A DNA stretch of 58,681 bases, from the IMG/VR virus record IMGVR_UViG_3300023174_000189, positions 1 through 58,681 of that record. The stretch is one strand, 5' to 3'. This stretch comes from a virus (lineage: Duplodnaviria > Caudoviricetes). Positions 19,321-27,938 of the stretch are shown here, in pieces; within the stretch, counting starts at the first letter, position 1; each line of letters begins with the position of its first letter. The notes below the pieces were generated by a model, which did no database searches, had not been told where the DNA came from, and saw only the letters and a list, made by a program, of their open reading frames with translations. The translations under genes were made by a program, and so were the position numbers.

Positions 19321-19440
19321 TTGACATTAAAAAAGAGATAGGATATTTTCTTTAATCTAAGACCTTAGGTTCTGTCCTTTCTTACTAAGGTCTTAAAGTG
19401 AAGGGGTATGAGATTATTTTTTCATACCCCTTTTTTATTT
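19321..19440 (+). ncRNA. candidate small RNA unit 2 with anti-SD loop
   Basis: TTGACA-N17-TATTTT; perfect 11-bp stem taagaccttag/ctaaggtctta with CU-rich loop; terminator aaggggtatga/tcatacccctt + T tract. Confidence 0.6.
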
Positions 19441-19524
19441 AATGTAAAAAAGTAATTGTATAATGCTTATAAATGAATGTATATAGAATACATATATACT
19501 AAACAATAAAGAGGAGTATCCTTT

Positions 19525-20586
19525 ATGTCAGATATTAATTTTTTTAAAGGAACTTTTGTAAAAGTTCAAGCGACAACAACAATCCACTTAGGTAAATTAG
19601 AAAGAAATCTTTATCAAGGTGATATTGTTGAATATGATGGTGTGACTTTAAAGATTGGAAATGAACAAGTTGTAATGCCTGAATTGAAATCAGGTGTAAA
19701 AAGAGGTTGGTTAAAGATTGTAGAAGAAGTATCTACACCTGTAGATACTAATACACCTGTAGTAGTTAAGAAAGAAACAACACCTGCACCTGCTAAGAAA
19801 GAAATGGCTGTTCAAAAAGTATATGACGAAGAAAAGTCAGTACAAAATTTAAATAAGAAAGCTGTGGAAGAACCTAAAAAATTCCCCTTGAAGATTGAAT
19901 CTCAAGATGAAGATGTTAGACCAGTACATAAGGTAGACAATAAGAGTGGAGCTACAGTAACAGGTGCAACAAGTGCAATGGATAATGTAAGTTCACAACA
20001 AGGTGCTGAAGCTGTTAAGATTCCTTTAAAGACAGCAAGTAAGCAAAAGTTAGTAATTTCTGACGGTAGTCAAATTACAAAAGAAATGGCTAAGTTAGAG
20101 AATCTTTCAAGAGATGCTGTAAAGAAGCCTGTTGTAATTGTAGATGATCAACAAGAACCTAATGTAGTAAGTAAAGTAGGACAAGAAGCTACTGTAGAAG
20201 TAGATGAGTTTGAAGATTTACAATTAGGTGAAGAACAATCAGGTGAATTAGAAGTATCTATTGAAGAACTATCTGATATTATCAATAGTGATTTAGAAGA
20301 ATTAGATTTATCTGGTGAAGAACCTGCAGTAAGTCAATTTGAAGAAAACTTACAAACATTAAATGCTTTAGAACAAGTAACACCTACAGGTGCAGTGATT
20401 ACAGGTGCAGATACAAGTAAAGTTGTAAGTGTAGATGGTATTGATTGGGATAAATCAAAGCATTGGCAACATCGTGTAAAGTTAGCGATTGAAAAGTATA
20501 AAGACAATCCTGAGATGATGGACAAGATTAAAGCGATTGAAACTGAAGGTGTAGTAAAGGCTATTGATAAGGCATTAGGTCAATAA
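19525..20586 (+). CDS. hypothetical acidic protein, post-capsid region
   Basis: GAGGAG SD; 353 aa, compact N- and C-terminal ends with low-complexity middle. Confidence 0.7.
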   Translation: MSDINFFKGTFVKVQATTTIHLGKLERNLYQGDIVEYDGVTLKIGNEQVVMPELKSGVKRGWLKIVEEVSTPVDTNTPVVVKKETTPAPAKKEMAVQKVYDEEKSVQNLNKKAVEEPKKFPLKIESQDEDVRPVHKVDNKSGATVTGATSAMDNVSSQQGAEAVKIPLKTASKQKLVISDGSQITKEMAKLENLSRDAVKKPVVIVDDQQEPNVVSKVGQEATVEVDEFEDLQLGEEQSGELEVSIEELSDIINSDLEELDLSGEEPAVSQFEENLQTLNALEQVTPTGAVITGADTSKVVSVDGIDWDKSKHWQHRVKLAIEKYKDNPEMMDKIKAIETEGVVKAIDKALGQ

Positions 20587-20668
20587 TATATAGTTTATAG
20601 TGGGTTAATATTTAATTTATATAGGTCTAATATATATATATATCTTTAACCTTATGTGGAGTTTACAC

Positions 20669-21526
20669 ATGAACGCACAAACTTTAAATCGTATGATCAA
20701 AGCATCATATTATGCACCCAATGGTGCTCAATTAAGAAAAGCCTGTTATGGGGTTATGGCAGTAAATAGCCGTAGAGCTTCCGTAGGTGCTATGTCTTTA
20801 GAACAAGTAGCAGAATTACCAAAAGAAGAACAAACTGAAGTAAAGTCTCAAATTGTTCAAGAAGCATTAGTACAAGGTTCAGCAGAAGACCAAGCTAAAT
20901 TAGCAGGTCATGGCTTAAAAAATGTACAAATGTACTTAAAGCAAGAAGGCGTAACACCTGAAGAACTCGCTAAAGAAGTTCAAAAAGCTGATCCTGTAAT
21001 TGTAAAAGCAATTAAGTCTGAAACACATGACTTAAAAGGTGCTGTTCAAGTTGCTGGTGCTATTGCTAAAGCAGGAACATTTGAAGAAATTTTTAGTTTC
21101 TTAGATATTCCTATCAATTATGTTCAAAGAAAATACCAAGATTTCAATTGGTTTAAATGGTCTGCTATTATTGGTGCTATTGGTTTCATGTTTGAAATCA
21201 TTGGTGCTGGTAGTGTAGCTGGTCTAAGTGGTGGTTTGATCGCTTTGACTGCTATTATTGGTGTAGCAGGTTATGCAGCACTAGCTCTTGTTATTTATTA
21301 TTTGTTTGGTGATATTATCAAATGGGTTAATAAAAGACTTGCTATGTTAGATGCTTGGGTCTTCTTATTGCCCTTTAGAGCTTTAAGTTTAATCTTAAAG
21401 CTATTCGGTTGGGGTTTAGATCAATTTGTAGGTGGCATTAAAGATGCTTGGAATAGCTTCTTTAGTCGCCAAGCAAGTATTGCTATGCAATCACCTGAAT
21501 TTAGAAAAGTTTATTATAGTATTTAA
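20669..21526 (+). CDS. membrane protein with head-protein-type motifs
   Basis: Start MNAQ at 20669 (GGAG SD); Gly/Ala-rich hydrophobic hairpin; RRAS near N-terminus and RQAS near C-terminus. Confidence 0.7.
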   Translation: MNAQTLNRMIKASYYAPNGAQLRKACYGVMAVNSRRASVGAMSLEQVAELPKEEQTEVKSQIVQEALVQGSAEDQAKLAGHGLKNVQMYLKQEGVTPEELAKEVQKADPVIVKAIKSETHDLKGAVQVAGAIAKAGTFEEIFSFLDIPINYVQRKYQDFNWFKWSAIIGAIGFMFEIIGAGSVAGLSGGLIALTAIIGVAGYAALALVIYYLFGDIIKWVNKRLAMLDAWVFLLPFRALSLILKLFGWGLDQFVGGIKDAWNSFFSRQASIAMQSPEFRKVYYSI

Positions 21527-21574
21527 TTTATAATTCTCATATCTTTATAGTATTTATATATAAGGATATGAAAA

Positions 21575-21940
21575 ATGAAAAGACAAGCATCTAGCCAAGC
21601 ATCTTGGTCATTATTAGCTGAAGGTGTTACATCAGCAAGAGTTCAAGCACATAGAGTAAGAGCATCTGTTATTCAATTACAAAATGCTATTAAAGGAACA
21701 CCTTTAGAAGAAGAATTACAAAGACTTTGTGGTGATGTTTTATTGGCTATTCCTAGAGCAGCTGAAATTATTGAAAGAGATCTAGATAGAACTAATTATG
21801 CTTTAATCAAATTAGGTGAAGGTTTTTATAGATCAAGATTACCTATCGAAGATAGAGAAATTGTTGAAATATCATCTAAGTTCAATCCATATCCAAGTCC
21901 TAAAAAAGTTGCCCATAAATATCTTAACTCAAAGAGATAA
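21575..21940 (+). CDS. small helical probable virion protein
   Basis: Begins MKRQAS, ends KKVAHKYL. Confidence 0.65.
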   Translation: MKRQASSQASWSLLAEGVTSARVQAHRVRASVIQLQNAIKGTPLEEELQRLCGDVLLAIPRAAEIIERDLDRTNYALIKLGEGFYRSRLPIEDREIVEISSKFNPYPSPKKVAHKYLNSKR

Positions 21941-21945
21941 TCAAA

Positions 21946-23259
21946 ATGGATAGATATGCTTATCGAGCACCTGCACAAGATTTAGCAGGTGTTAAGACAT
22001 GGGTAGAAAAAGAAAGAGCTAAAGGAACAGCACCTGAAAAAGGTAGAGAACAATATGAGGATGGAAAACCTCAAAGAGATAGAGTATTGCCTTTACCTAG
22101 TGGTCATCCTAAAGGAAGAGATGTAGAGAAGTATGCACCAGGTGCTATGAATACACCTAGTGATAGTCAAGATAGTCCTTTAAAACCATCTCATTCTTAT
22201 GCTAAGTCTAATAAACCTATGGGTAAGCCTTTACATGAATCACCTAGAACAACAGGTGTTCCTGGTGAACAATATGGTCATCCTTATATAGATATGGGAA
22301 CTATTGTAAATCAAAGAAGAACAATGACAGCTAGTGAGGATGATATTGTCATGGGGGATATTAATTTTAGAACACACCCCCAATATACAGATAGACAAAG
22401 AAACCAACAAGGTGAAGCTAAGAGATATTATAAGCGATGGTATAGAGAAAATAAGAGAAATGTTAAGAGAAGAATGAGGAAATATAATAGAGAGAATAGG
22501 GTGGATATAAAGAGATATAATAAGAAGAGAAATGATAAGCCTGAAAAACATACAAGAATAAAGCCCTTTGGTGTTCGTTCTATGAAAGAAAGAAACAAAG
22601 AAGCTATGGCTATAAGAGTAGCAAGTATGTATATAGAAGCTAGACCTAAAACAGGGCCAGGTAGTCATAGTGGTCCAGGGGTTAAAAGAAGAAAACCTAT
22701 GAGAGGTATGGCTAAACTTAAAGCTAAACAAAGTTATATTCGTAATAAGATAGATCGTTTGAAATATCAAAAACACTACTACAAAAAAAACAAAAGGAAA
22801 ATACAGATGTATCGTAAAGCAAGTTCCGACAAGTTAATGTACTTACAAATGTTATTGAGTGGGTTAAGAGCTGCTCACTTCGCACATTGGACTACACATT
22901 GGCAAGTACAAGGTCAATCATCTTATGGAGATCATTTACTTATGGAAAGACTATATACAGGACTAGTAGATGAGATTGACACCTTAGCTGAAAAGCTAGT
23001 AGGTGAATTTGGTCCAGGTGCTGTTGAACCTGAAAGTCAAGTAACTCAAATGTCTGTCTATATTAAAGGTTTAGTTAATTTAGAACAAGACCCCATTTAT
23101 AGAGCAATGTTAGTAGAAGAAGGCTTACAACAATTATTCACTTATGTATATAATAAACTTGAAGGACAAATGTCATTAGGTTTAGATGATTATATTATGA
23201 GTACTGCTAATGCCCATGAAACTAATGTTTATTTGTTAAGACAAAGGACAAGTAAGTGA
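21946..23259 (+). CDS. polyprotein-like: Pro-rich + highly basic segments + C-terminal Dps/ferritin-like domain
   Basis: C-terminal HWTTHWQVQG...HLLMERLY...EIDTLAEK matches the Dps ferroxidase pattern; two Arg/Lys/Tyr-rich helices upstream. Confidence 0.72.
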   Translation: MDRYAYRAPAQDLAGVKTWVEKERAKGTAPEKGREQYEDGKPQRDRVLPLPSGHPKGRDVEKYAPGAMNTPSDSQDSPLKPSHSYAKSNKPMGKPLHESPRTTGVPGEQYGHPYIDMGTIVNQRRTMTASEDDIVMGDINFRTHPQYTDRQRNQQGEAKRYYKRWYRENKRNVKRRMRKYNRENRVDIKRYNKKRNDKPEKHTRIKPFGVRSMKERNKEAMAIRVASMYIEARPKTGPGSHSGPGVKRRKPMRGMAKLKAKQSYIRNKIDRLKYQKHYYKKNKRKIQMYRKASSDKLMYLQMLLSGLRAAHFAHWTTHWQVQGQSSYGDHLLMERLYTGLVDEIDTLAEKLVGEFGPGAVEPESQVTQMSVYIKGLVNLEQDPIYRAMLVEEGLQQLFTYVYNKLEGQMSLGLDDYIMSTANAHETNVYLLRQRTSK

Positions 23260-23260
23260 A

Positions 23261-23923
23261 ATGATTCGTCTAGCTAGAGATAAATTTGGTATTCATTCTC
23301 TTATATTAGCTAGAGCCACTTATTCAAATAGAATTAGAAAAGCCAATTTAAACTTTTGTGAAGTCAATAAAAACACTTGCTCAGGTAATATGGGTATCTC
23401 TCGTATAGATATGCCTGTGGTTAAAGATTTAGATGAGATTATTGAATTAATGGAAGAAGGAATGTTAGATATAAATAACATTCCAAGTGAAGCTGAGGAA
23501 GATTATTTAGAAAGTGGTTTTGGTCTTAAAAAGAATAAGGTGAAAGCCATAGATAAGAAAATCAGTGTAAAAGATTTAGTAGCGACACAAGATGAATTAT
23601 GGTTGGGTAAAGCTATAGATATGGCTATATCAGGTAAGGGGTTAGATAAACCTATAATCGTATCTAAAGATGGTTACATTATGGATGGGCATCATAGGTG
23701 GGTTGCTTATTTGTTATTAGGTGCATATAATAGAAAGCAATTAGAGAAGATATATAAGATTGTCAAGAAAGACAATATGGAAGAAGTTAAAGGTTTATTT
23801 GATGACTATAATGTAAGTAAGGATATGAAGATAGATTGTGTAGAGTTTCAATTAGGTGGAGATAGGTTATTGAAAGTATTAAATGCTTATACAGATGCTA
23901 AAGGGATAGAGAGGAATATTTAA
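23261..23923 (+). CDS. ParB/Sulfiredoxin-like N-terminal domain protein
   Basis: LVATQDEL and PIIVSKDGYIMDGHHRW. Confidence 0.72.
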   Translation: MIRLARDKFGIHSLILARATYSNRIRKANLNFCEVNKNTCSGNMGISRIDMPVVKDLDEIIELMEEGMLDINNIPSEAEEDYLESGFGLKKNKVKAIDKKISVKDLVATQDELWLGKAIDMAISGKGLDKPIIVSKDGYIMDGHHRWVAYLLLGAYNRKQLEKIYKIVKKDNMEEVKGLFDDYNVSKDMKIDCVEFQLGGDRLLKVLNAYTDAKGIERNI

Positions 23924-23968
23924 TTTATAAAGAGGTATATATAAAATTTATATAAACAAGGATAGAAA

Positions 23969-25417
23969 ATGTTAAATAAAGTAGCTAGACTTCTTTTAAA
24001 AGAGATTAGAAATAAAGCACCTGAAGCTAGATTAAAAAAGATAGCTAAAGTGTTATTTAAAATAGCATCCGCTAGTGCTTATAAAAGTGAAGTTATAGAT
24101 AATTTTATCAAAATGTTTGTTAGTGTAAATGCTTCAGACCTTAGTTTTATGATTTCACAATATGCTTTAGGTAAAAGATTTCATAGTGGTGACATCGCTA
24201 AAATAAAAACAGACTCTGTGGATGTTTCTTTAAAAGTTAGAGTATTGAGAGAAGCACTTTCTAATCCTAAAATATCTGTTTATGAGATAGCAAATATAGC
24301 AAATGATCTTATTGAAAAGAATATCAATATTAAGAATGGATTAAAAACTGTAATCACAAGCTATAAAAATTTAGCACCTGTTAAAATAAACTCAAGAGAT
24401 GGAAGTAAATATACTTTTAACTTTTCAGGAACAGATCACTTTGCTCATAGAATTTACTTAAGAGGAATAAGTAAAAAAGAATTACATAAAGCATTATCTG
24501 ACCTTTGTTTAAATTTAATAGAGAATCCTAATTCTATACTTCAATATAAGACTCAAGATATATATGGTGATAGTATAGGTGATAAATATAAAGTCACCAC
24601 CAAAGTGAGAAAATTAAGCACAGATATGTATATCACCTTAGTGTTTGGTATCAAAACATTAAATAACTTAGGTGGTGAACTTGTATTGATTACTGCCTAT
24701 CCTGAAGATAAAGAACCATCTATTAAAACTGTAACTTCTGACTCTTATTTTGTAGATGAATATGTAGAACCAAAAACCACTACAGATGATGAAGTTATTG
24801 AACAATATAATCAATACCTACAAAGAAAAATATCACCTGTACAAACCCCTACCGTAGAAGAAAGACCATCTAGAATAATTGAAAGAAGAAGAGAAGCACC
24901 TACCCCTGAACAACTCTTCTTAGCTAAGAAACCTACAGGTGAGGGTACTAGTTCTCTACTTTATTGGAAACCTATGTATAAAGGATCTAAACCTGAACAT
25001 AATGAATATGGTAATCTTCTCATCACCTATCCTAAAGAACTTAAATATGCTATAGGCGAACTAAACTTTAATAGAGTACTTAATCGTGTAGGTATTCTCT
25101 TAAACCTATGGTATATTAAAAAGAGCTTTGTAGCAAAAGTACAAATCCCTTGTGCTGAATGTAGAGATCTTGAAACAGGTATGAGTACAAGTCCTTTTGT
25201 TTATGTCGTATTAAGATTAAATAAAGTATTTAATGACCCCAATAATCCTAAAGCAGGTTATTCTTACAATATTGATGCCTTTAACATCAAAGAGTCTGAG
25301 AATAAGATAGATCCTGCTTATCATTATAGTCTTGAAACTAGAGATAGTATTCCTGTCCCACCTCCTGCCCCTACACCTAAAACAGCTAATTATTTATACA
25401 GCCCATATATATGGTAA
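23969..25417 (+). CDS. probable internal head protein with a DUF4258/RelE-like central domain
   Basis: Basic leader KVARLLL...KIAS; TDHFAHRIYLRGIS ... LVLITAY pattern. Confidence 0.5.
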   Translation: MLNKVARLLLKEIRNKAPEARLKKIAKVLFKIASASAYKSEVIDNFIKMFVSVNASDLSFMISQYALGKRFHSGDIAKIKTDSVDVSLKVRVLREALSNPKISVYEIANIANDLIEKNINIKNGLKTVITSYKNLAPVKINSRDGSKYTFNFSGTDHFAHRIYLRGISKKELHKALSDLCLNLIENPNSILQYKTQDIYGDSIGDKYKVTTKVRKLSTDMYITLVFGIKTLNNLGGELVLITAYPEDKEPSIKTVTSDSYFVDEYVEPKTTTDDEVIEQYNQYLQRKISPVQTPTVEERPSRIIERRREAPTPEQLFLAKKPTGEGTSSLLYWKPMYKGSKPEHNEYGNLLITYPKELKYAIGELNFNRVLNRVGILLNLWYIKKSFVAKVQIPCAECRDLETGMSTSPFVYVVLRLNKVFNDPNNPKAGYSYNIDAFNIKESENKIDPAYHYSLETRDSIPVPPPAPTPKTANYLYSPYIW

Positions 25418-25822
25418 ATCACCTGACACACCTTTAAACATATCTCTATAATAGTCAGGCTTCTTTTTTATTAAATTACTTTGATGACTCATATGTATAT
25501 CCTCCCTTCCCCACCAATTAGGTTTATTCCTATTCTTACTGAATAATAAACCCACCTCAAATCTCTCTTTAAGAGTATCTTTATAACCTAAAGAAATCCA
25601 TTTATTACATATAGCAATAGCATATTCACATAAAGCACCTTCATAACCTTCCCACATTTTTACAGCAGGGTGATTAAACCATGCACCTTTTACCACACCC
25701 CTCTTCTTTGCATATAACACTTTTAAGATTTGATATGCTTCTACTCTCTGTTTACCTAATCTTTGCCTATCTAAAGCATTTGCTATTTCTTCATAGCTTT
25801 TATATGGAATGAATGTTTGCAT
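25394..25822 (-). CDS. pyrimidine-dimer DNA glycosylase-like (MSMEG_6728 / DenV-like) protein
   Basis: MQTFIPY, LDRQRLGKQRVEAYQI, NHPAVKMW, SHQSNL; start moved to ATG 25822 behind AAAGGA. Confidence 0.8.
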   Translation of the reverse strand: MQTFIPYKSYEEIANALDRQRLGKQRVEAYQILKVLYAKKRGVVKGAWFNHPAVKMWEGYEGALCEYAIAICNKWISLGYKDTLKERFEVGLLFSKNRNKPNWWGREDIHMSHQSNLIKKKPDYYRDMFKGVSGDLPYIWAV

Positions 25823-25920
25823 TTTTTTATCTGTCCTTTCTATGTTTTTATTATATTTTTTATAAGGACTTGTATAGTTAAAATCATTAAATTGAACCCC
25901 TTCAAAAAGGATAAATGTAA

Positions 25921-26313
25921 ATGCCATTACATCACCAACATATCGTCATTAAGGCTTATGTAAAAAATACACCTATGACACAAGAAGCTATTGAACAATG
26001 GCTTCTCGAACTTATTCCTGCTATTGATATGAAAATCCTAGCTGGTCCTTATTCTGTTTATCTAGACCGTGTAGGTAATAGAGGACTCACAGGTGTCGCT
26101 ATTATTGAAACTTCTCATATCGTTGCTCATGTGTGGGATGAAGATAATCCAGGTCTTATTCAACTTGATGTTTATTCTTGTAAAGAATTTGATAAAGAAA
26201 CTGTATTTAAACACCTTGATAAATTTGAAGTGGTTTCTGCTGAGTGGTTTATGTTAGATAGAACTGATAATATTGTTATCACCGACCAACCTACAAAAGG
26301 TATCTCTTATTAA
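25921..26313 (+). CDS. speD: S-adenosylmethionine decarboxylase proenzyme
   Basis: GLTGVAIIETSHIVAHVWDE (pyruvoyl-forming Ser-His) and QLDVYSCK. Confidence 0.85.
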   Translation: MPLHHQHIVIKAYVKNTPMTQEAIEQWLLELIPAIDMKILAGPYSVYLDRVGNRGLTGVAIIETSHIVAHVWDEDNPGLIQLDVYSCKEFDKETVFKHLDKFEVVSAEWFMLDRTDNIVITDQPTKGISY

Positions 26314-26379
26314 GATTAGAACATAATAGTATATTATATATATAATAATATAATAATACTCTGAAAGGAGTATTATATT

Positions 26380-26973
26380 ATGATTATAATACATCATGGA
26401 CCAGGTGTCCAATCTGGCATAGGTGAATATATCAATGAACTTAACTTAACACAAGTTAAAGAAGCCTATGAGAAATTAAATGCTGAGGAGATAAGAAATC
26501 TCTGTGAAGACTTAAAACAATCTTATCCTTATCAAAATCCTTGTTTAATTGCTGGTCCGATAGACGATGCGGACCCCACCCAATTAGACACTCTTTTAAA
26601 GATTATTGAAGAACCTTTACCTAATACCCCTATTCCCATTTTATGGGCTAATGATTTTGGTGCTATCCCTAACACTATCAGATCACGATGTGGTGAAAGA
26701 TATTGGTTCGATAATCAAACAGAACACCCTATGCTAGATAAAGCATTAGAGTTTATTAATGCTCTTATATCTAAAGATAGCTATAAATCTTTCTCTATCT
26801 TAAAATCGGTGGATAAATCTAAAGAAAGAGATTTTATAGATGCTCTTGCTGAAGCTCTTGTAGTTAAAAAACAATTTAAACTATGGGATACTATAAAACC
26901 TTATACTCTCTCTAAGAGAGTAAGTCGTATAGGTTTATATTCACTATTTATAGAACTTGAGGAGAATAAATGA
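26380..26973 (+). CDS. clamp-loader delta'-like (HolB-like) subunit
   Basis: LDTLLKIIEEP and IPNTIRSRC (SRC motif); no Walker A. Confidence 0.7.
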   Translation: MIIIHHGPGVQSGIGEYINELNLTQVKEAYEKLNAEEIRNLCEDLKQSYPYQNPCLIAGPIDDADPTQLDTLLKIIEEPLPNTPIPILWANDFGAIPNTIRSRCGERYWFDNQTEHPMLDKALEFINALISKDSYKSFSILKSVDKSKERDFIDALAEALVVKKQFKLWDTIKPYTLSKRVSRIGLYSLFIELEENK

Positions 26974-27887
26974 AAATCCACCTTAATGGAGATTTTGAAG
27001 ACCTTAAATACTTCAAATTGAAAAAACTCAAAGAAGAGAAAAACTCTAAGGGCTATGACATTAGGGAAGTAGAAAACAAAGAAGATATAGATCAAGCTAT
27101 ACAAGTAGGTTTATTTGATACTAGACCTGTTATTGTCATTATACATAATGCTAATAAGATTGCTAAATCAGACCTTGAAAGAGTCTTAACAGCATCAGAT
27201 GGTTTTGAACTTGTTTTAGTAGATAAAGGTATCGCTAAATTAAAAGCTACTCACCCACAACTTAAAACTGAAACTATTGAAGAACCTAAGAAACTTGAAG
27301 AGTGGTGTATTAAGTTTATACAAGATCATTTAAAGGTAGATTATAATATCAACATAGAAGATAATCTAGCTAAGGCTATTATAACTCGTGTAGGTACTGA
27401 TTTAGGTCATATTGTCTTTGAGTGTTATAAGTATAGTTATCTTGCTAAAGATGGCAAATTAGAACCTAAAGATGTAGCTAGTGTTTTATCTCAATTAGGT
27501 GATGTAGAAGGCACTAAACTTATAGATGCTATTAAAAGACTTTCTATAAAAGACTTTTTAACTATCTCAGGTGAGATGGGTAAATCTAAAATAGATCCTA
27601 CAATGGGATTTATAGCAGGGTTATACACCTATAATGTGAGTATGTGGCTAGAAATAGCTTTATTATTAAATAAGGGTGTTTCACCTAAAGACATGGTGAA
27701 TTATATAAAAATGAATCCCTGGTTTTTAGAAAATATTTTAGTACCTGAAGTTAAAAATTTAGGACTAGAAAGAATAAAAAAATTTGTAAAAATAGGCAGT
27801 CAATGTGAAACAGGAGTGCTTACAGGTCAAAGAGATGTATGGAACTGTTTTAAAACCAGAATTATAGGTGTTATGAATTTTAAATAA
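26970..27887 (+). CDS. clamp-loader delta-like (HolA-like) subunit
   Basis: GLF clamp-binding motif (QVGLFD), IITRVGTDLGHI..ECYK; coupled to holB-like gene. Confidence 0.6.
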   Translation: MKIHLNGDFEDLKYFKLKKLKEEKNSKGYDIREVENKEDIDQAIQVGLFDTRPVIVIIHNANKIAKSDLERVLTASDGFELVLVDKGIAKLKATHPQLKTETIEEPKKLEEWCIKFIQDHLKVDYNINIEDNLAKAIITRVGTDLGHIVFECYKYSYLAKDGKLEPKDVASVLSQLGDVEGTKLIDAIKRLSIKDFLTISGEMGKSKIDPTMGFIAGLYTYNVSMWLEIALLLNKGVSPKDMVNYIKMNPWFLENILVPEVKNLGLERIKKFVKIGSQCETGVLTGQRDVWNCFKTRIIGVMNFK

Positions 27888-27938
27888 TGTTATGTATGTT
27901 TTTACACAAGGTATAGTTGTGTATAGAATTAAACTCAG

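Noticed and set aside
18136-19500. Group I intron around the LAGLIDADG gene
   Set aside because: MCP ends cleanly with a terminator, no interrupted gene is visible, and the endonuclease has its own promoter and SD
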